Below the pieces are notes generated by a model that ran no database searches, was not told the DNA's origin, and saw only the letters and a program-made list of their open reading frames with translations. DNA of 55,599 nucleotides, filler included, from Thermodesulfobacteriota bacterium (GTDB lineage Bacteria; DASVDK01): NCBI GenBank assembly GCA_036381125.1. It is 3 parts of 3 records of this genome, joined end to end, with 100 filler letters (N's around TTAATTAATTAA, not from the genome) between each part and the next. Parts side by side here need not be neighbours in the genome. Positions count along the whole stretch, not along the records: positions 27,821 to 39,127 come from DASVDK010000380.1; positions 39,228 to 55,599 come from DASVDK010000381.1; 1 more part is not named here. One strand, written 5' to 3'. The stretch's first letter is position 1; the number at the start of each line of letters is the position of its first letter. The position numbers and the translations under genes were made by a program. Positions 31,682-40,358 of the stretch are shown here, in pieces.

Positions 31682-34600
31682 CACGAGGCGGCCGGGCGCG
31701 CCCGCGTCGCGAGCGGGACCGGGCGCGGCCGCCACCAGGGCCGCGGCGCCGAGGCGGCCGTCTGGCGGGCCAGCGGCGCGTCGACTCGCCCGACGGCGGC
31801 GAGCGGCAACCGGCTCCAGTCCGGCTCCGGCGCGCCGGCCGGCAGGAGCCGCTCGAAGGCGTCGCGCCGCATCGTGAGCGTGCCGGGCCGGATCGACTGC
31901 CCGCGCCGGGCCGACACCCCCGCGATCCGGCAGCCCGACGCCGCGACGGCGGGGTCCCGCTGCAGGAGCGCCACGTCGGCCCCCACCTTCCCCGGCGACC
32001 AGACGAGGTCGGGCTCCAGGGGGGCCACGAGCGCGCCCGCCGAGGCGTCGAGGGCCGCGCGCCAGGCGCCGGCCGCGCCCCGTACGACGCGCGCCGTCAC
32101 GCCGCTCGGGCCGCCGAGCGCCGCGAGCAGCCGGTCGGCATCGGCGCCGGCGTCCACGGCAACCAGGACCTCGAGGCGCGGGTAGGTCTGCCGCATCGCG
32201 GCGGCAAGGGCCGGCCCCGCCGCGCGCAGGGACGCGGCGGCCGCGCGGCCGCGCCCTGCGGCCGCGAGCAGCACGCTCACGAGCGGCACCTCGAAGCCGG
32301 CGGCGTCGAGCCGGTCCCAGGTCCAGCGCGTGGTGCGGCGCGTGAGCCCCTGCGGCCGCCCGCGCCCGCCGTCGAGGAGGGCGAGGACCGCCGCCTCGAC
32401 CTCGTCGACCCCGAGCGCGCGCAGGCAGAACTGCGCGGCGCAGTCCCACCGGAGACACGGCGCGCAGGGCACCTCGTGGCGGATGGCGATGGCGGCCCCC
32501 GGTCCCGCGGGGTCCGGTCCCCACCGCCGGTCGTTCTCCGGCCCGAGGAGCGCCGCGAGCGGAGCACCCCGCGCGCGGGCGAGGTGGAGCAGCCCGGTGT
32601 CGTTGCAGACGACCGCGGCGGCTCGATCGAGCAGCGCCACGAGCGCCGGCAGGTCGGTCAGGCCGACCGCCGAGGTCGCCCTGGCGGCCAGCGGCGGCGG
32701 CAGGGCGCCCAGAACCGCGTCGACGAGCGGCGCCTCGTCGGCGACCCCGGTGAGCACGACCGTCAGGTCGGCACGACGCTCGAGCAGGCGCCGCACGAGC
32801 GCCCCGACGCGATCGACGGGCCAGCGGCGCGACGGCTTCTGGGCGCCCGGGTGAACCACGAGCAGGGTTGCGCCCTCGTCGAGCCGCAGGGCGGCGGCAA
32901 CGCGACGCCAGCCTTCCTGCACGGCGGCCGGCTCGATCGAGAGGGGCGGTCGCGCGACGGCGTGCGGAGACGGGCCGAGCGCCTCCACGACGGCGAGGTT
33001 GTTGTCGGCCTCGTGCCGCGTCGGGTCGAGCGGGACGGTCCGGCTGTTGAGCCGCTGCAGCGGATGGCCGTCGTCGAGGCCGACGCGCCGCGGGGCGCCG
33101 GCGAAGAAGGCCTCCCGCAGCAGGAAGAAGCTCGCGCCGGACACGAGCACATCGTAGCCCTCGAGGAAGAGCGACAGCGCGCCGGCGAGACGGCCGGCCC
33201 GGGTGGGGCGGGCGAAGAAGTCGAGCACCCGCACCTCGTCGACGTCCGGCGAGGCGTCGAGGAGGGCGCCGGCCGACATCCCGCGCTGCACGCCGAGCAC
33301 GATGCGCGCGCGGGGGTAGCTCGCCCTCAGGCGGGCCAGCGCCGGCAGGGCGACGACGAGGTCGCCGAGCCGGCAGCGACGAGCGACCAGGATCCGCCGG
33401 ACGCCGGGGTGGGGCTCGCCCCGGAGCACCCGCACGGCGACCCGGAGCGCGTAGTACACGTAGCCGGCGAGCGTGAAGGCGCGGAACGCCAGCCGCGCGC
33501 AGCGCGAGAGCCGATCGGCGTCGTGCGGACCGTGTGTCGTTGCGGCCCCGCCCCGGCGTGCGCGGCGCGGCACGCGAGGGGGCGCGTTGCCGGCCCTGCG
33601 GTCCGAGGCGGCCGCGACGGCCTCCTCGAGCCGGCGCTCCAGCTCGTCCGCGCGCTGCTCCCAGCCGTTCGCGGCCGCGGCGGCGAGGCGCGCCTCCCGT
33701 CCCGCCGCCGGGTCGGCGAGGGCGCGGCCGACCGCCTCGACGAAGCGCTCCGGCGTCTCCGCCATCTCGACGACGTCCGCCATCCGGCCCAGGCCGTCGA
33801 GCGGCGTCGCGACGACCGGCCGCCCCGAGGCGAGGTACTCGAAGACCTTGAGCGGGTTGCACGAGTGGGTGAGGTCGGTGAGGCGATAGGGCACGAGGCA
33901 CACGTCGGCGCCGGCGAGCACGCTCGGCAGCTCCTCGTAGGGCTGGTACCCGATCAGGTGGACGTTCGGCTCGGCCGCGAGCGCCGAGACGTCGACGCCG
34001 GGCTTCACCCGCCCCGCGAGCACGACGGCGCAGTCGCGCCGCGCGCGCGCGAGCGCGACGAGGAGCGGCTGGTCGAGCCGCTCGTCCACCTGGCCCACGA
34101 AGACGAGGCGCGGCGACGGCAGGCCGGCCATCGCGGGATGGCGCGGCGCGCGCGCGAGCCTCGCCGGCGCGAAGTGATCGAGGTCGGCGCCGTTCTCGAG
34201 GAGGTAGCTGCGCGGCTGCGTCCGGCGGAACCGCTCGAGGAGGCGGGGCGAGACGCAGAGGGCGAGGTCCGCCTCGGCGAGGAGGGCCTCCTCGGCCGCC
34301 CGCATCCGGCGGCGCTCGGCCTCCGTCATGCCGCCGAACGCCGTCATCTCGTCGACGGCGTAGTACGCCGTGGCGGCGGGGCGGACGGCGGCGAGGAGCG
34401 GCCGCGCGTCGGGGTGCAGGACGAGCGCGACCGGCCGCTGGAAGCCGAGCCGTCCGGCGAGCGCGCCGAGGACGCGCGGCCGCCTCGCCTCGTTGAGCCG
34501 CCAGCCGAGGGGCGGCGCGTGCCGGTGCGTGAAGACGAAGAGCCCCGGCGCCGCCTCCCTCGCGGCGAACCCGGTCGCCACCGGGGCGAGCGCCCGGAGG

Positions 34601-34746
34601 TGGTCGGCGAGCGAGTCGACGTCCTGGAGGGCCTGGGGGTCCACGTAGAGCACCCGGTGGCCCCGGCGCGCGAGCCGGGTCATCAGGTGCTGCTTCCCCG
34701 TCCAGCAGTAGTCCCAGTTCTGTTGGCCGAAGCAGATCAGATCCAT
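31681..34746 (-). CDS. Multidomain glycosyltransferase (GT4/TuaH-like + GT9 + degenerate GT2)
   Basis: GT4-like: KQHLM..LA, ENGAD..HF, NPLKVFEYLASGRPVV. GT9: RLGDLV, HPGA...RRWP, NDTGLLHLA, CAPC. GT2-like: PLVSVL, QTYPRLEVLV. Confidence 0.85.
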   Translation of the reverse strand: MDLICFGQQNWDYCWTGKQHLMTRLARRGHRVLYVDPQALQDVDSLADHLRALAPVATGFAAREAAPGLFVFTHRHAPPLGWRLNEARRPRVLGALAGRLGFQRPVALVLHPDARPLLAAVRPAATAYYAVDEMTAFGGMTEAERRRMRAAEEALLAEADLALCVSPRLLERFRRTQPRSYLLENGADLDHFAPARLARAPRHPAMAGLPSPRLVFVGQVDERLDQPLLVALARARRDCAVVLAGRVKPGVDVSALAAEPNVHLIGYQPYEELPSVLAGADVCLVPYRLTDLTHSCNPLKVFEYLASGRPVVATPLDGLGRMADVVEMAETPERFVEAVGRALADPAAGREARLAAAAANGWEQRADELERRLEEAVAAASDRRAGNAPPRVPRRARRGGAATTHGPHDADRLSRCARLAFRAFTLAGYVYYALRVAVRVLRGEPHPGVRRILVARRCRLGDLVVALPALARLRASYPRARIVLGVQRGMSAGALLDASPDVDEVRVLDFFARPTRAGRLAGALSLFLEGYDVLVSGASFFLLREAFFAGAPRRVGLDDGHPLQRLNSRTVPLDPTRHEADNNLAVVEALGPSPHAVARPPLSIEPAAVQEGWRRVAAALRLDEGATLLVVHPGAQKPSRRWPVDRVGALVRRLLERRADLTVVLTGVADEAPLVDAVLGALPPPLAARATSAVGLTDLPALVALLDRAAAVVCNDTGLLHLARARGAPLAALLGPENDRRWGPDPAGPGAAIAIRHEVPCAPCLRWDCAAQFCLRALGVDEVEAAVLALLDGGRGRPQGLTRRTTRWTWDRLDAAGFEVPLVSVLLAAAGRGRAAAASLRAAGPALAAAMRQTYPRLEVLVAVDAGADADRLLAALGGPSGVTARVVRGAAGAWRAALDASAGALVAPLEPDLVWSPGKVGADVALLQRDPAVAASGCRIAGVSARRGQSIRPGTLTMRRDAFERLLPAGAPEPDWSRLPLAAVGRVDAPLARQTAASAPRPWWRPRPVPLATRARPAAS

Positions 34747-34836
34747 CGCGCCCTCCGCGAGCCGCGCCGGCGTCCCGCAACGCGCGTGCCGCACGCCCCG
34801 CCCCGAACCGACCGACCGAAACGGATCACCGGGCGT

Positions 34837-36462
34837 TCACGGCGCGGAGGCGCCGTCGGCGTCCGCGCGCCGACCGGTTCCCCACGTGAACACGGCGAGG
34901 CTCGCGGCCGCCGGCGTGTCGGCCTCGTCGAGGCGGCGCGTGACGTAGGCGGCGACGCCGGGCGCGAACGGCGGAGGGTAGACGAGGAGCCGGTGACGCT
35001 CGAGCACGACGAGTCCCCGTGCGTGCCGCTCGACGAGCGCGGCGAGGTCCTCCACCCCGGCGAACGCCGCGACGCCGGTGGTGTAGGAGCGGAACCGGAC
35101 GCCGTGCGGCGTCACCTCGACGTCCCGGTCGGCGGCGTGCGGGCCCTGGTTCGCGTGCAGCAGCCGGCCGTCGACGCGGCCGAAGTAGTAGAAGGCGAGG
35201 TGATCGGCGGGGCTCACCACGGCGGCGTCGGCGAACCCGTGGTCGCGCGCCCAGGCCGCCGCCTCCCGCCACTGGGCGAAGGCCGCGCCCGAGAACTCGC
35301 CGTACGCCTTGAGCCGGTTCGCCTGCGCCGCCGCGAACCAGGGCGAGGCGCGGACGACCACGAGGAGCGTGACGACGACGAGCGCCGTCGCCAGCGGCCG
35401 CGCCAGCGCGGGCCAGGGGAGGCGGGCGGCCAGGTTGCCGGCAAGGCGCGCGTGCAGGAGCCGCGCGGCGAGCCGTCCCCCCTCGCCGAGGAGCACGAAG
35501 AGGCCGGGGAGGAAGACGAAGAGATAGCGCTCCGACTGGGTCGGCACGACGGCCGACAGGAGCAGGAACGGAGCCCAGACGAGGAGCGCGGCGTAGAGGC
35601 CGGCACGCGGGCGCGTCACGACGACCGCGAGCGTCGCCGCCGGCGCGAGGAACCAGAGGTAATCGTAGGTCCCCGCCAGGTACAGATGGTAGAACTTCGG
35701 GTCCCACGCCTCGGCCGGGAACCAGGGCAGCCGCGTGAGACCGGTCTCGAGCGTGGCCAGCGCGCGGTCCGGCGCGGCCAGGAGGACGAGCGCCGCGACC
35801 GACGCCCCGGCGGCGAGCTCGCGCGCCTCGGGCGCCCGCCGCACGGCGCGCCAGCCGCCGGTCGCGGCAAGCCAGGCGGCGACGATGCCGAGATGGAGCC
35901 CGAGGGGCGCGAGGAGGAGGTACGCCTCCGCGTGAAGGCGCGCGGTGAGGAGCGTGAGGCCGACGCCGGTCGCGAGCCACGTCGCGCGGCCGGACGGGCG
36001 AACCGCGAGGAGCCCTCGCGCGGTGGCCGCCGCGGCCAGGACGACCAGGAGCTGCGCCCAGGCGTACATGCGGACGAACCGCGACATGGCCACGGCGTCC
36101 GGCGAGCAGGCGAGCAGCGCCGCGGCCACGAGGCCGGCCGTCGGCCCGAAGAGGACCGTCCCCAGCAGGAAGACGGCCGGGATGGCCAGGACGCCGGCCA
36201 CGACGCTCGGCACGCGGGCGGCCGCCTCGCTCTCGCCCAGGTGCTCGAACGCGAAGGCGACGGCGCGGGTGACGGGGAGCGCGCGTCGATACGGCTCGCC
36301 GGACGGCAGCAGCGGCGCCCCGGTCGCGGCGAGCCCCTTCGCGGCCAGCACGTGCAGGACCTCGTCGTGCGAGAAGCTCCGCTGACCGAGGCGGTCGGCC
36401 CTCAGGAAGAGCCCACCGAGGACCAGGACGGCGAGCCACGCTACCAGGACGGACCGGCGCAC
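34837..36462 (-). CDS. GT39/PMT/ArnT-like membrane glycosyltransferase
   Basis: LFLRADRLGQRSFSHDE, LGESEAAARVPSV, SRFVRMY and ERY; multiple TM helices. GTG start inferred. Confidence 0.82.
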   Translation of the reverse strand: MRRSVLVAWLAVLVLGGLFLRADRLGQRSFSHDEVLHVLAAKGLAATGAPLLPSGEPYRRALPVTRAVAFAFEHLGESEAAARVPSVVAGVLAIPAVFLLGTVLFGPTAGLVAAALLACSPDAVAMSRFVRMYAWAQLLVVLAAAATARGLLAVRPSGRATWLATGVGLTLLTARLHAEAYLLLAPLGLHLGIVAAWLAATGGWRAVRRAPEARELAAGASVAALVLLAAPDRALATLETGLTRLPWFPAEAWDPKFYHLYLAGTYDYLWFLAPAATLAVVVTRPRAGLYAALLVWAPFLLLSAVVPTQSERYLFVFLPGLFVLLGEGGRLAARLLHARLAGNLAARLPWPALARPLATALVVVTLLVVVRASPWFAAAQANRLKAYGEFSGAAFAQWREAAAWARDHGFADAAVVSPADHLAFYYFGRVDGRLLHANQGPHAADRDVEVTPHGVRFRSYTTGVAAFAGVEDLAALVERHARGLVVLERHRLLVYPPPFAPGVAAYVTRRLDEADTPAAASLAVFTWGTGRRADADGASAP

Positions 36463-36503
36463 ACCCGGCAGGCAGGCAACTTCCGCGCCGGATACCGAGC
36501 GGA

Positions 36504-36541
36504 GGCTACACGACGCTGCGTTGGCTACACGACGTTGCGTT
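36504..36541. repeat. 19-bp tandem duplication of a gene 3' end
   Basis: GGCTACACGACGCTGCGTT directly followed by GGCTACACGACGTTGCGTT (one mismatch). Confidence 0.8.
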
Positions 36542-37688
36542 CGGCGGGTGTGCGACCGCGGGAGAAGCGCTCGTACGCGAGGGGGGAGAGATCGATCGTG
36601 TGCGCGCGGCCGTCGAGGATCGTCTCGGCCAGGAGGAGCCCGACCGCCGGCGCGTGCTGGAAGCCGTGCCCGCTGAAGCCGTTCGCGAGGAGGAAGCCCT
36701 CGACGCCGGGAACCGGGCCGATGATGGGGTGGGCGTCGGGGGAGACCTCGTAGAGACCGGCCCACGCGCGGGCGATGGTCGCCTCGGCGAGGGGAGGGTA
36801 CCGCTCGAGCGCGGTCTCGAGCACGGCGTACTGGAACTCGGGGTCGACGCTCGTGTCGAACGACGGCGGCTCGTCCCGGCCCATCCCCATGAGGATGCCG
36901 CCGCTCTCGCGGTGGAAATAGAAGGTGGTGGCGAAGTCGATGACCATCGTGGCGCGCGCCGGGGCACCGGCGAAGGGCCGCGTCGTGAACACGTGGCGCC
37001 GCACCGGCTCGACCGGCACCGCCACCCCCGCCATCCGGCCGACCTCGGCCGCCCAGGGGCCGGCGCAGTTGACGACCCACCGCGCCTCGACCGGGCCGGC
37101 CGCGGTCTCGACGCCGCGCACCCGCCCGCCGGCCACCCGGACGCCGGTCACCGCCACGCCGGTCTCGACGCGGACGCCCAGGCGCCGCGCGGCATCCGCG
37201 TAGCCCTGCGTCAACCCGTGCGGGTCGGCGATGCCGTCCTTCGCGCAGTAGGTGGCCCCGAGAACGTCGTCCACGACGAGGCCCGGCACGAGCGCCCCCG
37301 CCTCGGCCGCGGTCAGCGTCTCCACCGGGACCCCCAGGGCGCGCTGCAACTCGGCGTTGCGGCGGAACTCCGCCCAGTCGGCCTCGCGCGTCAGGAGAAA
37401 GAGGTACCCGTCCTGATGGAAGTCGAGGGGCGCCCCTACCTCCTCCTCGAAGCGCTCGATCGCCCGGATCGAGAGCTTGGACAGCTCGATGTTGACCGGC
37501 GAGGAGAACTGGTGCCGGACCCCGCCGGCGCACCGGCCCGTGGACCCGGTGCCGAGGAGGCCCTCCCGCTCGAGGAGGAGCACGTCCCGGCACCCGCGCC
37601 GGGCGAGATGCCAGGCGAGACTCGCGCCCATGGCCCCGCCGCCGACGATGGCGACCTCGACCCCGGCAGGCAACGTCTTCGTGGACAT
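36525..37688 (-). CDS. FAD-dependent oxidoreductase (DAO / sarcosine oxidase beta-like)
   Basis: Motifs IVGGGAMG, GSTGRCAGGVR, VVNCAGPWA, WAGLYEVSPDAHPIIG and GFSGHGF. Confidence 0.9.
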   Translation of the reverse strand: MSTKTLPAGVEVAIVGGGAMGASLAWHLARRGCRDVLLLEREGLLGTGSTGRCAGGVRHQFSSPVNIELSKLSIRAIERFEEEVGAPLDFHQDGYLFLLTREADWAEFRRNAELQRALGVPVETLTAAEAGALVPGLVVDDVLGATYCAKDGIADPHGLTQGYADAARRLGVRVETGVAVTGVRVAGGRVRGVETAAGPVEARWVVNCAGPWAAEVGRMAGVAVPVEPVRRHVFTTRPFAGAPARATMVIDFATTFYFHRESGGILMGMGRDEPPSFDTSVDPEFQYAVLETALERYPPLAEATIARAWAGLYEVSPDAHPIIGPVPGVEGFLLANGFSGHGFQHAPAVGLLLAETILDGRAHTIDLSPLAYERFSRGRTPAERNVV

Positions 37689-37719
37689 GGGAGCGATGGT
37701 ACCGCTATACTCGGCCCAC

Positions 37720-38709
37720 ATGAGCCAGCAGACGTACGACATCGCCGTCATCGGCGGTGGTCCCACCGGCCTCTTTGGACTCTTCTATGCCGGCCTGCGT
37801 GGGATGAAGGCGATCCTGTTCGACAGCCTCCCGGAACTCGGGGGCCAGCTCACCACCCTCTACCCCGAGAAGCTCGTCTACGACATGCCGGGCTTCCCCG
37901 AGATCCTCGCCCGCGACCTCGCCGCGGCGATGGTCAAGCAGGCGACCCGCTTCAACCCGGACATCCACACGAGCGAGCAGGTCCAGAAGGTGGAGAAGAT
38001 CGGCGAGCGCGACTTCCGCCTGACCACCCCCCGCGGCACCTACTCGGCCCGGTCGGTCCTCGTGGCCGGCGGTGTCGGGTCGTTCACGCCCAAGAAGCTC
38101 GCCATCAACCTCGACCACTACGAGGGCAAGGGGCTCTACTACTTCGTCAAGGACACGAGCGAGTTCCGGAACAGGCGGGTGCTCATCGTGGGCGGCGGCG
38201 ACTCGGCGCTCGACTGGGCCCTCCACCTCGAGCACGTCTGCCAGGTGAACCTCATCCACCGGCGAGGCGAGTTCCGCGGCCACGAGGAGTCGGCGAAGAA
38301 GGTGCTCGCGTCGACCTGCACGGTGCGGCTCTTCCACGAGGTGAAGGAGGTCCACGGCAACGGGCGCGTCGAGGCGGTGACGATCTTCGACAACCGCACC
38401 AAGGCGGAGACCCGGCTCGACGTCGACGCGCTGCTCCTCAACCTCGGCTTCGCCGCCAACCTCGGCCCGATCAAGGACTGGGGGCTCGAGCTGGCGGGCA
38501 AGTCGATCAAGGTGGACGGCCACTTCCAGACGAACATCCCGGGCATCTTCGCCGCCGGCGACATCATCGAGTACCCCGACCGCGAGAACATCACGCTCAT
38601 CGCCACCGGCGCCGCCGACGCGGCCGTGGCGGTGAACTACGCCAAGGCCTACATCGACCCCGGCGCCAAGGTCACCCCCGGGCACTCGTCCGGCCGCACC
38701 GACCTCTGA
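37720..38709 (+). CDS. Ferredoxin--NADP+ reductase, TrxR-like (YumC type)
   Basis: Motifs IIGGGPTGLF-like N-terminus, GGQL..LYPEK.VYD.PGFP, GGGDSALDWA and HRR..FRGHE; no CxxC; ends PGHSS. Confidence 0.9.
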   Translation: MSQQTYDIAVIGGGPTGLFGLFYAGLRGMKAILFDSLPELGGQLTTLYPEKLVYDMPGFPEILARDLAAAMVKQATRFNPDIHTSEQVQKVEKIGERDFRLTTPRGTYSARSVLVAGGVGSFTPKKLAINLDHYEGKGLYYFVKDTSEFRNRRVLIVGGGDSALDWALHLEHVCQVNLIHRRGEFRGHEESAKKVLASTCTVRLFHEVKEVHGNGRVEAVTIFDNRTKAETRLDVDALLLNLGFAANLGPIKDWGLELAGKSIKVDGHFQTNIPGIFAAGDIIEYPDRENITLIATGAADAAVAVNYAKAYIDPGAKVTPGHSSGRTDL

Positions 38710-38711
38710 TG

Positions 38712-38769
38712 GGCGTCAGGCCTTCACCTTTTCCGGGCGATACCGTGGAAAACGGAAAGGGCTGACCCC
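38712..38769. repeat. REP-like repeat, inverted pair
   Basis: Degenerate forward copy GGCGTCAGGCCTTCACCTTTTCC and inverted copy TGGAAAACGGAAAGGGCTGACCCC fill the intergenic gap. Confidence 0.8.
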
Positions 38770-39127
38770 ATGAGGGTTGCGGTGGTGGGAGCGGGCGGCG
38801 TCGGGAGCGCCGCGGCGCGTCACCTGGCGAAGGCCGGGCACGAGGTCCTGCTCGTCGAGCAGTTCGAGGTCGACCACGACCGCGGCTCGTCCTACGGCGA
38901 CTCGCGGGTCACCCGCCTCACCTACCACGAGCCGATCTACACCGCGATGATGGTGGAGGCCTACCGCCTCTGGGAGGCGCTGCAGGCCGAGGCGGACGAG
39001 CTGCTCCAGACCCGCTGCGGCATCCTGGTCTTCGGCAAGCCGACTCACCCCGAGATCCTCGGCACCATCCGATCGCTCGAGGCCAACGGCGTCCCGTACG
39101 AGCGGCTCGACGCCGCCGAGGTCGCCC
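38770..39127 (+). CDS. Monomeric sarcosine oxidase / SolA-like flavoprotein, 3'-truncated
   Basis: VAVVGAGGVGSAAA.HLA and EQF...HDRGSSYGDSRVTR; ends at the contig join. Confidence 0.82.
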
Positions 39128-39227
39128 NNNNNNNNNNNNNNNNNNNNNNNNNNNNNNNNNNNNNNNNNNNNTTAATTAATTAANNNNNNNNNNNNNNNNN
39201 NNNNNNNNNNNNNNNNNNNNNNNNNNN
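39128..39227. other. Artificial contig linker
   Basis: N44-TTAATTAATTAA-N44. Confidence 0.98.
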
Positions 39228-39386
39228 GGGGAGCACGAGGCGCCCGTCCGCCTCGATCTCGTCCGCGCCGCGGGCCGGGAGCGACGGTCCCAGCGCGGCC
39301 ACGCGGCCGCCAGAGATCCCGATGTCCACGACCTCTCCCGACTCGAGCCTGGCGTTCCGCAGGACGAGGTCGTGCCGTCCAGGCAT
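39228..39386 (-). CDS. Metal-dependent amidohydrolase (cytosine deaminase/YahJ/AtzC-like), N-terminal fragment
   Basis: DLVLRNARL...VDIGISGGRVAAL...EIEADGRLVLP is the typical beta-sandwich lead-in to PGxxxxHxH. ATG is coupled to the carbamate kinase stop. Confidence 0.7.
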
Positions 39387-40354
39387 CACGGGTCGCGGGC
39401 GAGCCGGGTCCCGCCCTTCCCCTCGAGGGCGTCACGGACCCGCTCGAGCGAGGTGATGATCACCGTGTCCCCTCCCCCCTCCAGGTACTGCACCGCGGCC
39501 CGGATCTTCGGCGCCATGCTCCCCTCGGCGAACTGCCCGGCCTCGAGGTGGGCCTTCGCCTCCGCGACGGAGAGGCGCGGCACCGGCCGCTCGGCCGGCG
39601 TGCCGAAGTCGAGCGCCACGCTGTCGACGCCGGTGAGGTTGAGGTACAGGCCGGCGCCGAGGCCGAGGGCGAGGAGCGCGCCGGTCAGGTCCTTGTCGAT
39701 CACGGCGGCCACGCCCCGGTACCGGCCGTCCGCCTGCCGCGTCACGGGGATGCCGCCGCCGCCGGCCGCGATGGGGACGACGCCGGCCGCGACCAGATGG
39801 CGCACCGCCTCGAGCTCGACGATCGCCTTCGGCGGCGGCGACGGGACGACGCGGCGGTGGCCCCGCCCGGCGTCGTCCCGGAACTCCCACCCGGTCCGGC
39901 TGGCGATCCGCTCGGCCTCCTCCGGCGTGTAGAAGGGCCCGACCGGCTTCGACGGGTGCCGAAAGGCCGGGTCGTCCGCGTCGACCTCCACCTGCGTGAC
40001 GACCGAGGCCACGGGCGCCGGGACGCCGGCCGCGAGGAGGGCGTTGGCGAGGCTCTGCTGGATCATGTAGCCCATCCCCCCCTGCGAGTCGGCGACGCTG
40101 ACGTCCATCGGCATGGCGGGGACCACGGTGCTCGCCATGGCCATGCGGATGAGGATGTTGCCGATGACCGGCCCGTTCCCATGCGTGAGCACGAGGCGGT
40201 TGCCGCGCGTGGCCATCCAGGCGAGGTGCTCGCAGGTCCGCCGCAGGATCTCGAACTGCTCCTCGGCCGTTCCGCGGATCCCCTTCGGGTAGGTCGCGTT
40301 GCCGCCCAGCGCCACGACGGTCAGCTGCGGGTCAGTGCGCATCGGCTGTAACAT
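39386..40354 (-). CDS. arcC: Carbamate kinase
   Basis: Motifs VVALGGNA, THGNGP, SQGGMGY, PSKPVGPFY, RRVVPSP.P, GGGGIPV, AVIDKD and GSMAPK. Start 40354 or 40342. Confidence 0.95.
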   Translation of the reverse strand: MLQPMRTDPQLTVVALGGNATYPKGIRGTAEEQFEILRRTCEHLAWMATRGNRLVLTHGNGPVIGNILIRMAMASTVVPAMPMDVSVADSQGGMGYMIQQSLANALLAAGVPAPVASVVTQVEVDADDPAFRHPSKPVGPFYTPEEAERIASRTGWEFRDDAGRGHRRVVPSPPPKAIVELEAVRHLVAAGVVPIAAGGGGIPVTRQADGRYRGVAAVIDKDLTGALLALGLGAGLYLNLTGVDSVALDFGTPAERPVPRLSVAEAKAHLEAGQFAEGSMAPKIRAAVQYLEGGGDTVIITSLERVRDALEGKGGTRLARDP

Positions 40355-40358
40355 GCCG

